This document shows, piece by piece, positions 28,012 through 37,040 of a stretch of 64,000 bases of DNA. Location of the stretch: positions 51,140 to 115,139 of the forward strand of contig JAGLDS010000001.1 of NCBI GenBank assembly GCA_023145435.1, read 5' to 3'. The notes beneath the pieces were generated by a model, which saw nothing but the letters and a program-made list of their open reading frames with translations, did no database searches and was not told where the DNA came from. The stretch comes from Clostridiales bacterium (GTDB taxonomy: Bacteria; Bacillota; Clostridia; DUPQ01). Positions within the stretch are counted from its first letter, which is position 1. Every line of letters starts with the position of its first letter. A program made the position numbers and the translations under genes.

Positions 28012-29346
28012 ATGAAAGAATTAACAATAGAACAAGTAAGAGAATTTGGGAATAAGTTTTTAAAGGACTCACATAATAAAGCATATATGAATGCTATTAC
28101 AAGTGCAGGTATTTTAAAAGTTTCAAAAGTGTTTTCTGATAGTTACAAGACGAAAATGACATTTTCAAAAGAAATAAAAACAAGTAAGGTGACTGCACAG
28201 AATTCAAGTGGCAGATGTTGGTTATTTGCAGGATTAAATTTATTTCGTCACGAAATTGAGAAAAAATTAGATATTAAAGAATTTGAATTATCTCAAAGTT
28301 ATTTAATGTTTTATGATAAATTAGAAAAAGCTAATTATTTTTTAGAAAGCATTTTAGATACTTTAGAATTAGAAACTAGTTCTAGAACTATTTATCATCT
28401 ACTAACTCACATAGTAGATGATGGAGGGCAATGGGATATGTTTAGTAACTTAGTTAAAAAGTATGGAGTTATTCCAAAGGATGTTATGCCTGAATCTTTT
28501 CATAGTAGTAATTCTCGTATGATGAATAAATTACTAGTTTTAAAATTACGGGAATTTGCTTATGAATTACGTGAAAAGTATAAAAAAGATATACAGATGG
28601 AAGAATTGCGAAATGAAAAAATGAAAATGGTTCAAACAATTTATGATATGTTATGTAAATTTTTATCAAAACCAATTGATACTTTTGATTTTGAATATAC
28701 CAATAAAGATGGGAAATATCATATTACTGAGAATATGGATAGTTTACAATTCTTTAAAAAAGTTGTTGATATTAATCTAGACGACTATGTTTCTGTTATA
28801 AATGCTCCCACAATTGATAAACCATTTAACCGTGTTTATACTGTGAAGTACTTAGGAAATGTATATGAAGGAGAAAAAATTAAGTACTTAAATGTAAATA
28901 TAGATACAATGAAACAATTGACAAAAAAACAACTATTAGATGATGAACCTACTTGGTTTGGGTGTGATGTTGGACAGATGAGTAATTCAGAAGATGGAGT
29001 TATGAGCATGGGTGTTTATGATTTCGAACTTTCATTAAAAATACCATTTACCATGAGTAAAGCAACTAGGCTTGATTATGCAGAAAGTGTGTTAACACAT
29101 GCAATGGTTTTCACAGGTGTTAACATTTGCCCTGATGGCACAACAGACCGATGGAAAGTAGAAAATAGCTGGGGTGATAAAAGAGGGAAGAAGGGATACT
29201 TTATGATGACAGATGAATGGTTCGATGAATTCATGTATGAAGTTGCTATACATAAAAAGCACCTAACTAAAGACCTATTAGATGTATTAAAAGAAAAATT
29301 AGTTGTATTAGATCCGTGGGATCCTATGGGATCATTGGCAAAATAA
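28012..29346 (+). CDS. pepC: aminopeptidase C (bleomycin-hydrolase-type C1 cysteine peptidase)
   Basis: QNSSGRCWLFA (catalytic Cys), THAMVFTG (His), VENSWG. Confidence 0.9.
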   Translation: MKELTIEQVREFGNKFLKDSHNKAYMNAITSAGILKVSKVFSDSYKTKMTFSKEIKTSKVTAQNSSGRCWLFAGLNLFRHEIEKKLDIKEFELSQSYLMFYDKLEKANYFLESILDTLELETSSRTIYHLLTHIVDDGGQWDMFSNLVKKYGVIPKDVMPESFHSSNSRMMNKLLVLKLREFAYELREKYKKDIQMEELRNEKMKMVQTIYDMLCKFLSKPIDTFDFEYTNKDGKYHITENMDSLQFFKKVVDINLDDYVSVINAPTIDKPFNRVYTVKYLGNVYEGEKIKYLNVNIDTMKQLTKKQLLDDEPTWFGCDVGQMSNSEDGVMSMGVYDFELSLKIPFTMSKATRLDYAESVLTHAMVFTGVNICPDGTTDRWKVENSWGDKRGKKGYFMMTDEWFDEFMYEVAIHKKHLTKDLLDVLKEKLVVLDPWDPMGSLAK

Positions 29347-29501
29347 GTTGGTTAAATATTTTTATAATTATTTATTACCTTGTTATGCGCTTATACTTTA
29401 TTTATACTGGAATTGTATATATACAAAAATCCTAACAGAAAGGAGTGATGAAGTGATTATATTTAAAGAGGTGGTCTTGAGATAATCAAGACTATGACAA
29501 G

Positions 29502-29530
29502 GCGGTCAGTCAAATGGCCGCTTTAAAATT
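29502..29530 (+). terminator. candidate intrinsic terminator about 155 nt downstream of pepC
   Basis: GCGGTC (29502-29507) / GGCCGC (29516-29521) with an 8-nt loop, then TTTAAAATTT. It is preceded by a perfect hairpin GTCTTGA-GATAA-TCAAGAC (29474-29492). Confidence 0.4.
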
Positions 29531-29558
29531 TGCTTAATATATAAACGTTAGTTATAAT
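29530..29558 (+). promoter_or_regulatory. candidate sigma-A promoter
   Basis: TTGCTT (29530-29535), 17 nt spacer, TATAAT (29553-29558). Confidence 0.45.
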
Positions 29559-29592
29559 ATAAATACCAACTAAAAAAGGAGGTAAATATCAA

Positions 29593-29622
29593 ATGAAAAA
29601 AACACAGGTGATTTCCACTTAA
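29593..29622 (+). CDS. 9-codon upstream ORF (MKKTQVIST) with a consensus Shine-Dalgarno
   Basis: AAGGAGG (29576-29582) lies 10 nt upstream of the ATG. TAA stop. A hairpin and a terminator follow. Confidence 0.3.
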   Translation: MKKTQVIST

Positions 29623-29673
29623 TTTAATATAGGCTACTTTTGTAGCGAGAAAAAGTTAATCATTTACTAATGT

Positions 29674-29699
29674 ACACGATGTGATTATCGTGTTTTTTG
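29674..29699 (+). terminator. intrinsic terminator/attenuator immediately upstream of the Mor-like gene
   Basis: ACACGAT (29674-29680) / ATCGTGT (29687-29693) with a 6-nt loop, then T6. It ends 15 nt before the ATG at 29714. Confidence 0.55.
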
Positions 29700-29713
29700 T
29701 ATTTGAAAATGAA

Positions 29714-29998
29714 ATGGAGAATATTTTGACATATAAAAATGGGAAAGACGTGCTGCCATCTAATTTACTTAAGCAGATTCAACAATATATAACTGGAGAA
29801 AATATTTATATTCCGACTAATCAACATAAAAGAATTGGTTGGGGAGAAAAAAATGGCACAAAAGAATACTTAACTAAAAGAAATAAACAAATTTATGAGC
29901 AGTATATGTATGGACAATCAATTGGACAGTTGGTTCAATTATTTCATCTGTCTAAAGATAGTATTAAAAAAATTATATATAAGATGAGAAAGAGTTAA
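29714..29998 (+). CDS. Mor/CD3324-family small transcriptional regulator
   Basis: VLPSNLLKQIQQYITGENIYIP...WGEKNGTKEYLTKRNKQIYEQY...SIGQLVQLFHLSKDSIKKIIY is the pattern of the CD3324/Mor family. Confidence 0.6.
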   Translation: MENILTYKNGKDVLPSNLLKQIQQYITGENIYIPTNQHKRIGWGEKNGTKEYLTKRNKQIYEQYMYGQSIGQLVQLFHLSKDSIKKIIYKMRKS

Positions 29999-30060
29999 TT
30001 ATATGGGTAATGTTTCATTAATGATTTATTAAGAAGATAAAAAGTATTAATAAAAACTAA

Positions 30061-30462
30061 TTAGAGATAGTTTATAAACAGTAGGTAACTTGTTAATGAT
30101 ATTAGACCGCAAAGAAATCCACCCCAGATTAAATCGATTATAGTAATGGAAATTGGCCAGTTCTTTATTGTAGCAAAATTTGTGAGATTATATGTTCCAT
30201 ATGTTACTACTCCATAAAAAGAACCTACAAATATTGCATAGACTACACTATGTTTATTAATGGCAGGATTAATAACAAAAAAGACTAAACCAATAATAAA
30301 AACCACATAAAAAATTACTGTTGCAAGCATATTTTGTTTCTTTGCCATAATATATCCTAAATGTTTATGGTAGAATTTTTTTGCAAATATGCTTAACCAC
30401 AAAAAATCAATGATCATAAATATAATAAACGTTACTAGAAAAATAACAATCCATTTTATCAT
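30061..30462 (-). CDS. DUF2177 family membrane protein
   Basis: Four TM helices. The N-terminus IIDFLWLSIFAKKFYHKHLGYIM is typical of DUF2177. Confidence 0.6.
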   Translation of the reverse strand: MIKWIVIFLVTFIIFMIIDFLWLSIFAKKFYHKHLGYIMAKKQNMLATVIFYVVFIIGLVFFVINPAINKHSVVYAIFVGSFYGVVTYGTYNLTNFATIKNWPISITIIDLIWGGFLCGLISLTSYLLFINYL

Positions 30463-30474
30463 AAATTGACTCTC

Positions 30475-30594
30475 CTATTTTTTTTCTTTCTTATCTACTT
30501 CTTCTTTCTTTTCTTCAGGATTTTTTACAACAGTTTTCTTTTTTTTAACTTTTTGAATTTTTTGCCATTTATTTTCATGAAACATATTTTTCAT
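30475..30594 (-). CDS. 39-aa lysine/glutamate-rich micro-protein (not in the ORF track)
   Basis: Hand translation gives MKNMFHENKWQKIQKVKKKKTVVKNPEEKKEEVDKKEKK*. GAGGTG lies 5 nt upstream of the ATG. Its stop TAG is embedded in the AGGAGAG RBS of the DUF2177 gene. Confidence 0.4.
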   Translation of the reverse strand: MKNMFHENKWQKIQKVKKKKTVVKNPEEKKEEVDKKEKK

Positions 30595-30804
30595 TTTATC
30601 ACCTCTTCTAATTGTTATTATATCATTTTCGTACTTATTCACAATATGTTGACAGCTATTTGTTCTATCATTTGAGTTATTTACATAAAATAGTAGAAGT
30701 AATTATTAATAAATTCATAAAAAGCAGTATTTCTCATAAGCGTATAATTTGTTCTACCATAGAGCAAATATGGGTATACATATAAGGAATAGAGGTTATT
30801 GATT

Positions 30805-31278
30805 ATGAGTATCTATGACATTACAGTGGAAAACATTTTAGGGTTTGAAAATACTTTAAAAGAATATAAAGGAAAATTTATTATTATTGTTAATACAGCT
30901 AGCAAATGTGGCTTTACACCACAATTTGAAGGATTAGAGAAGCTTTATAAAGAATATAAAGCAAAAGGACTAATTATCATTGGATTTCCTTGTAATCAGT
31001 TCAAAAATCAAGATCCAGGAACTAATGAAGAAATTTTGAGCTTTTGTCAAAGTACATATAAAATTACATTTCCCATGTATTCTAAAATTGATGTAAATGG
31101 TGATAGCCGACATGAACTATATAAATTCTTGATAATGAACACACCTCGAAAAAAAGGAAAGGATATTAAGTGGAATTTTGAAAAATTTCTAATTAGTAGA
31201 GAAGGCAAAATCATTAATCGCTATTCTTCAGTGGTTACTCCTTATAAAATAGGTAAGAATATTAAGAAAATTATTTAG
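30805..31278 (+). CDS. gpx: glutathione peroxidase (Cys type)
   Basis: NTASKCGFTPQ, GFPCNQF, WNFEKFLI. Confidence 0.9.
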   Translation: MSIYDITVENILGFENTLKEYKGKFIIIVNTASKCGFTPQFEGLEKLYKEYKAKGLIIIGFPCNQFKNQDPGTNEEILSFCQSTYKITFPMYSKIDVNGDSRHELYKFLIMNTPRKKGKDIKWNFEKFLISREGKIINRYSSVVTPYKIGKNIKKII

Positions 31279-32449
31279 TTATATTTTTTAACATTTTAAT
31301 AGCATACATATAACTTCTAGGTACGTGAAATGGACCTTTCCAAATACATCCCTTAACAGATGAGGAAATTGTATTATCTCTATGAAGATAACCATACCAC
31401 TCGCCATACTCATTATCATAAAAATTTGACTGAATATAGTTGTTAATTGTATCAAACCACTGTAAATATTTTTTATTTTCTGTGTAAGAATAAGCCATAA
31501 GAGTGGCAATGATTGCTTCATTATGCGGCCACCATAATTTCATGTCCCATTCTAAATTATAAGGTGGCAGACCTTCGCTATCTAAAAAAGAATATAAACC
31601 ACCATATTTTTTATCCCACCCTGTTAACAGTGAAGAATCAAGAATACTTAAACCTAAATTTATATATGCTTGATTGTTACTTGTTATACCTTCTTCAAGG
31701 ATAAACCAAGCTGTTTCAATAGCATGGCCTGGATTTAGAAGTCTTCCTTCTGGAATATCACTATAATATTCACCTGATGGACCAATATTCTCTATTAGCA
31801 TCTTTTTGTCGCTAAAAAAGAAATGATGTTCAATTTGATGTATTGAATCTTTTATGATTTTGGCATAATCATATGAATTGTCACCTTGTCTCATTGTTTT
31901 ACAAAGATCAATCATAATCATTACCAATGAGTGATTTTTCATTAACCTGTTTTCGGTAACTATCTTTGATGGTAACTTGAGTTCTCCATAAAATACATCA
32001 AATACTGTTTTAAAACTTTGTAATGATAAATTATAGGCATCTAAATTTTTTGTTGCTATATAATATTCCATCATTCCAGCTGCTACAAAAACATCGGAAA
32101 AAATATATCTTCTTTTTATTATAGGTTTACCATCTTTGGTCATTCTAAAAAATAATCTATTGTCTTTATCAATGCAATAATTCTTAATAAAATTATAACC
32201 TGATGCTGCTGTATCAAGCCATTTTTGATTTTTTGAAAATTGATTATACATTTTTGAAAATATATATAATCCTCTTCCTTGCATCCAAACTGATTTATCA
32301 GTACTTATTAAGGTCCCGTCACGATTCAACCAAGTCATGTAACCACCATAAATGGAGTCGATACTATGATTCATCCAAAATGGAAGAATTTTTTCAAGAA
32401 GCTGATACTCATATTGAGCTTTGATTTCTGATAAATGAATATTATTCAT
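31271..32449 (-). CDS. AGE-family (N-acylglucosamine 2-epimerase / cellobiose 2-epimerase / YihS-like) sugar isomerase/epimerase
   Basis: ILPFWMNHSIDSIYGGYMTWLNRDG...WMQGRGLYIFSKMY plus later (alpha/alpha)6 repeats (HAIETAWFILE, WWPHNEAIIA). ATG at 32449 with GAGG upstream. The 3' end overlaps gpx convergently by 8 nt. Confidence 0.7.
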   Translation of the reverse strand: MNNIHLSEIKAQYEYQLLEKILPFWMNHSIDSIYGGYMTWLNRDGTLISTDKSVWMQGRGLYIFSKMYNQFSKNQKWLDTAASGYNFIKNYCIDKDNRLFFRMTKDGKPIIKRRYIFSDVFVAAGMMEYYIATKNLDAYNLSLQSFKTVFDVFYGELKLPSKIVTENRLMKNHSLVMIMIDLCKTMRQGDNSYDYAKIIKDSIHQIEHHFFFSDKKMLIENIGPSGEYYSDIPEGRLLNPGHAIETAWFILEEGITSNNQAYINLGLSILDSSLLTGWDKKYGGLYSFLDSEGLPPYNLEWDMKLWWPHNEAIIATLMAYSYTENKKYLQWFDTINNYIQSNFYDNEYGEWYGYLHRDNTISSSVKGCIWKGPFHVPRSYMYAIKMLKNITK

Positions 32450-32485
32450 GCTTTCATACCTCAACTATTACTAATCGATAATTCT

Positions 32486-33640
32486 TTACTTATATTTACC
32501 ATAGGCTAGTGCTGCTTTAAAATAAGCATCAATATTCTCTTTAGGACTGCCATCTCTAATTGAGTCAGATGTTCCTAATATGAAATAACCATCTTTTCCT
32601 AATATTTCACATGCTTGCTTAGTTTGTGCTGTAATTCCCTCGGGTGTACCATATCTAATATTTATTGTATCAACATACCCACTCATAACAGTTTTACCAT
32701 GCATAATTTTTTTAATTTCTTTAGCATTTGTATCGCCAGATGGAGGTGGGGTTAAAGTTGTTATCATATCCATTCCAGAATTAGCAAAATCTTTTGCTAA
32801 TGGCATAAATTTCCCATCATCATAAAAATGGAAAAAGGCATTATATTCATGGGTTAGATTAATATCTTCTATAATTTTTCCTAAAAACAATTCTCTATAC
32901 ATATCAGGTGACCAACCTGTACTCAAACTTGCGTTAAACCAAGCTTCAAAGATTATAGGTGCACCTTGTTCTAAGGTGTGTTTTAATAGTTTTTTATAAT
33001 ACTGATGAAAAGTATCAATTACATCAACAAAAAAATCTTTATCATCATAATAAAGCATAAGGCAATTTTCAAGGCCTAATGAATTAACAACCATATCGTC
33101 TACGCCACCTGTAATACGAGTATGAACAATTCCATCTTCACCAACTAATTTTTCAGTATTTTTAAACAAAGGCTCTGGAAAATAGGGAGATTGAATCATT
33201 AAATAGTTTATTTTTGCTAAGTCATTTCTATCTTTTATAAGAGGTTCAATTAAATGAGGATTAGGGTTTATACCATATGAACGATCATTAGGGTCTGGAT
33301 ATGCTTTAATCTGTGTCAATCTTCCAGCAGGGGTATCAACATGTAAGGTTATATATTTCTTTTTATCATTATCTTTGTAGACTTCAGTAATTGTTTTTTC
33401 AAGATTTCTTTTTGCTTTTTTATTTTTATGAGTTAACAAGTACTCTACATTATCATCAAAATGAAATGGAAATCCTGATTCTCCCCAAATGATAGGGTCA
33501 TAATCATATAATTGTTTAAATTGTAAGTGAGTTTTTTTCTGTTCTAATAGATAAGCCCAAATTCTTGGAGCAATTGGAATCCGATCTGGAATTTCACCAT
33601 TTAGCACAGCTAAATGTCTTCTTTTTGATGTGTAATTCAT
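32486..33640 (-). CDS. URO-D superfamily protein (paralog 2; lacks the HxCG motif)
   Basis: N-terminal LNGEIPDRIPIAPRIW and C-terminal FILGTSDSIRDGSPKEN. The HxCG position reads HFYDDG. AAGGAG RBS before the ATG at 33640. Confidence 0.6.
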   Translation of the reverse strand: MNYTSKRRHLAVLNGEIPDRIPIAPRIWAYLLEQKKTHLQFKQLYDYDPIIWGESGFPFHFDDNVEYLLTHKNKKAKRNLEKTITEVYKDNDKKKYITLHVDTPAGRLTQIKAYPDPNDRSYGINPNPHLIEPLIKDRNDLAKINYLMIQSPYFPEPLFKNTEKLVGEDGIVHTRITGGVDDMVVNSLGLENCLMLYYDDKDFFVDVIDTFHQYYKKLLKHTLEQGAPIIFEAWFNASLSTGWSPDMYRELFLGKIIEDINLTHEYNAFFHFYDDGKFMPLAKDFANSGMDMITTLTPPPSGDTNAKEIKKIMHGKTVMSGYVDTINIRYGTPEGITAQTKQACEILGKDGYFILGTSDSIRDGSPKENIDAYFKAALAYGKYK

Positions 33641-33816
33641 AAGAAAATCTCCTTCTAATATTATTATAACAAGAAAAACCACATAAGTAGACGTTTGCGT
33701 TAAAAAAAACAACATATGTTATTTTAATTGGTATAGGTGGGAACATAATGATATAATATCCATTGAAAGATACTTAAATACTAGCTAGGTGTTATAAGGT
33801 GGTTATACCTAAATAG

Positions 33817-33891
33817 AAAACTATTGAAGAATTTATTTCAAATAAAGGAATACAATTTGATAAAGCATTAGTAGATGCTCTTATCAAATAA
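33817..33891 (+). pseudogene. possible 24-codon C-terminal remnant of an HD/HD-GYP-domain protein
   Basis: The open frame KTIEEFISNKGIQFDKALVDALIK* resembles the conserved tail (..G.qFDP.lv.aF..) of HD-GYP/HD-domain proteins. There is a stop immediately upstream and no start or RBS. Confidence 0.25.
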
Positions 33892-33913
33892 GTATTAGTA
33901 GAGTAGTATAAAA

Positions 33914-34960
33914 ATGATGTATTTAAATAAACTTTTGTCTATTACCAGTGAAAGACAACCAAATTTTAAAAATATAGAAAAAATATTAAGCAATAAAGTT
34001 CCAGATAGACCAACTTTGTTTGAGTTTTTTCTTAATGATAAAATGTATGAGCAACTTAGTGAGAAAGAGCTAAAAGGAAAATCTTTTTTACAAAGTAATA
34101 TTATTAAAATGATGGCTTATCGTTACGCTGGTTTTGATTATTTTACGCTTAGCTATCCTGATGGTTTTCTATTTTCTTCAAATGAACATGATACATTAGA
34201 AAGCATATCTTTAAATGAAACTGCCATAATAAAGAATGAAGAAGATTTTTTGCGTTATCAATGGCCAGATGCAAACAATTATGATTACTCATATATTGAT
34301 AATATGAAAAAATCAGTACCTAAAGGGATGAAAGCTATTATTTATAGTCCTGGTGGATTATTAGAAAACACAACTCAACTTCTTGGATATGATAATATGT
34401 GTTTATTACTTTTTGACGACATTGATTTTTTTAAAAAGGTTGTTGATAAAGTTGGGAACACTCTATATAAGTTTTATGAAAATGTAATGGGAAATGATTT
34501 GATTGGAGCCGCAATTGTCAATGATGACTGGGGTTTTAATACACAAACTATGATAAACGAAAAATGGATGAAGCAATTTATTTTTCCATGGCAAAAAAAA
34601 ATAGTTAAATTAATTCATTCATATGGGAAAAAAGCAATACTTCATTCTTGCGGGCAATTAGAAAATGTAATGGATGATGTAATAAATGATATGGCGTTTG
34701 ATGCAAAGCACTCCTTTGAAGATAATATATTACCCATTGAACAAGTTATAGTAGAATATGGAGATAAAATTGCAATTCTTGGAGGAATTGATCTTCATTA
34801 TATTTGCACGCATAACTATCAAGAAATCCAGCATAGAGCAAGGCAACTTTTGACAATGACTAAGAAAACAGGTGGCTATGCTCTTGGAACAGGAAACAGT
34901 GTTCCATATTACATTGAAGCAGAAAAATATTATGCTATGATTCTAACTGCTTTAGAGTAA
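33914..34960 (+). CDS. URO-D superfamily protein, MtaA-like (paralog 3)
   Basis: N-terminal SNKVPDRPTLFEFF, HSCG motif, C-terminal YALGTGNSVPYYIE (second Cys replaced by Asn). Confidence 0.65.
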   Translation: MMYLNKLLSITSERQPNFKNIEKILSNKVPDRPTLFEFFLNDKMYEQLSEKELKGKSFLQSNIIKMMAYRYAGFDYFTLSYPDGFLFSSNEHDTLESISLNETAIIKNEEDFLRYQWPDANNYDYSYIDNMKKSVPKGMKAIIYSPGGLLENTTQLLGYDNMCLLLFDDIDFFKKVVDKVGNTLYKFYENVMGNDLIGAAIVNDDWGFNTQTMINEKWMKQFIFPWQKKIVKLIHSYGKKAILHSCGQLENVMDDVINDMAFDAKHSFEDNILPIEQVIVEYGDKIAILGGIDLHYICTHNYQEIQHRARQLLTMTKKTGGYALGTGNSVPYYIEAEKYYAMILTALE

Positions 34961-35043
34961 GATTTTTCATTTTTATTCATGTTTATCTAGTCACAAGTAA
35001 ATGTTTTTTGTATAATGATAATTAGGTAATTAAGAGGGGTAAC

Positions 35044-35265
35044 ATGGAAAAAGAAAGAAAAAAAAAGGATAAATTTCAAACAGCAATCTGGTTTGTACTA
35101 GGGGTTGTTTTAGTTATAATTGGGGGAGTTATTCTTATCCCTCTACTTAAAATATATGGAATTTTATGGACGATACTTGCTGTTGGAGTTGCAACTTATC
35201 AAGGGATAAAATTATTTAGTAGTAAAAGTTTTACAATGTGGGAAACTATAAATGATGAAGACTAA
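35044..35265 (+). CDS. small two-TM membrane protein
   Basis: Basic N-terminus, two hydrophobic helices, acidic tail. RBS AGAGGGG. Confidence 0.5.
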   Translation: MEKERKKKDKFQTAIWFVLGVVLVIIGGVILIPLLKIYGILWTILAVGVATYQGIKLFSSKSFTMWETINDED

Positions 35266-35343
35266 TAATTATGATGTAAATAAGAACATCTTTTTTATTG
35301 AATTAATGAAGATAACCACTAAAGTTTGTGAAAGGAAGAAATT

Positions 35344-36882
35344 ATGAAAGTTTATTCAAGTAGACAATTATTTATAGATGATAAGTTTATTCAGTTTAAG
35401 GAAAATATCAAATTAGTTGTGCATCAGCCAACAAAAACAGGAGAAATTGTCATTTGGAAAAATCAGTCTCCACATCATAGAATCGGTGGATATAACTCTA
35501 TAATATTTGATGAAGGAATTTATAAACTCTATTATGGCGAAACCTTATATAAAGAAGATGGTGTTTATGCATTTGTATGCTTAGCTACCTCGACTGACGG
35601 TATTAATTTTAATAAACCTTCACTTGGCTTAGCTCCACACTATCATGAGAAAGATAATAATATTATTATTGGTTTTGGTGCTGGGGGTGTAAAAGACGGA
35701 TTAGGTGACGGTGGCTGTATGGTGTTTATTGATCCTAATGATCAAAAGAATAAATATAAGCTATTAGCTAGGCATGGACTTAAGCGACATATGGGACTTT
35801 ATGGTTCTAGCGATGGGATACATTTTAAATTTGAAAAAGAAAAAGTATTAGATGATAGGCGATTTGAAAAAACTAAAGGGGAAACTTATAGAGGGTTTCA
35901 TCTTGACTCGCAAAATATTATATTTTATGATGAGACAATTAAAAAATATGTAACATTTGTTAGAAGGAATTATGAAATTGGTGGACAAGTAAGAGCAATT
36001 GCACGAGGTGAGAGTAAATCATTAGATGAATTTTGTGTAGTAGAGGATATGAAAGTTATTATAAAACCAGATGAAAAAGATCCTCAGTTTTTTGTAGAAG
36101 AAGCCAATAAGGAAGTACCTGTTATTGATTATTATACAAATTGTGTTAACCAATATCCTTTTGCAGCAGATACCTATGTAATGTTTCCTGGAATGTATTT
36201 TAAATATAATCGCTTTATTGATAAATTTAGTGAAAACAAACCAATGAATGCAGGTCCAATTGATACCTTTTTTGCAGCAAGTAGAGATGGAATTGATTGG
36301 GATTTTTACGATAGAAAACCTTTTATTAGATTAGGTGAGAAACACGAATTTGATGCCTATGCACAATACATGGTTCATGGAATTGTCCCAGGTAATGGGA
36401 ATAATATGTATTTATACTATATGGGTAGTGATATAATTCATGGGTATGGTAGAGGTGATCAATATGAAGAAAGAGAAAACAAAATAATAGCTAAAGCCAA
36501 TCTTAAACCAACAAATAATGTCACTGCAATTAGCCGATTGGTTATGAGAAGAGATGGATTTGTTTCAGCCAGTGCTGGTTATCAGTACGGTTCAATAAAA
36601 ACACCTATACTTATATTTAATGGTAACCAATTATTAATAAATGTAGATACTTCAGCTACAGGATTTATGAAAATAGAAATAAGAGATGAGCATAATAAAC
36701 CAATTTCTGGATTCACAATAAATGACTGTGACATGATTCATACTACAAATGATATTAATAAGATAGTTACTTGGAATGACTTATCTGATGTAAGTTCGTT
36801 ACAAGAAAAAGAAATAAGCTTATATTTTCATATGTTTAATTGTGATTTATATGCATTTGAGTTTACCAATAAATTGATATAA
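35344..36882 (+). CDS. beta-propeller glycoside-hydrolase-like protein with a C-terminal beta-sandwich, paralog of 18416..19819
   Basis: Blade motifs STDGINFNKP, SSDGIHFKF, SRDGIDWDF. C-terminal MRRDGFVSASAG ... LINVDTSATGFMKIEIRD. No signal peptide. Confidence 0.5.
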   Translation: MKVYSSRQLFIDDKFIQFKENIKLVVHQPTKTGEIVIWKNQSPHHRIGGYNSIIFDEGIYKLYYGETLYKEDGVYAFVCLATSTDGINFNKPSLGLAPHYHEKDNNIIIGFGAGGVKDGLGDGGCMVFIDPNDQKNKYKLLARHGLKRHMGLYGSSDGIHFKFEKEKVLDDRRFEKTKGETYRGFHLDSQNIIFYDETIKKYVTFVRRNYEIGGQVRAIARGESKSLDEFCVVEDMKVIIKPDEKDPQFFVEEANKEVPVIDYYTNCVNQYPFAADTYVMFPGMYFKYNRFIDKFSENKPMNAGPIDTFFAASRDGIDWDFYDRKPFIRLGEKHEFDAYAQYMVHGIVPGNGNNMYLYYMGSDIIHGYGRGDQYEERENKIIAKANLKPTNNVTAISRLVMRRDGFVSASAGYQYGSIKTPILIFNGNQLLINVDTSATGFMKIEIRDEHNKPISGFTINDCDMIHTTNDINKIVTWNDLSDVSSLQEKEISLYFHMFNCDLYAFEFTNKLI

Positions 36883-37040
36883 TTGACATGATAATAGCGT
36901 TCTTTAGATATCACTAAATAATGGCACAATAGTTGATATTGTAGTTGAGCTAAGTTGTTATATTTCTCTTTAAATATTTCTGATGGCTTATTATAATTAT
37001 ATAAAAAAGACAGATCTGATTTAATCTATTTTACTTTAAA

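Noticed and set aside
30466-30675. 69-aa plus-strand ORF (poly-Phe/Leu)
   Set aside because: It is the mirror image of the minus-strand Lys/Glu-rich micro-ORF and its leader. It has no RBS and an implausible composition.
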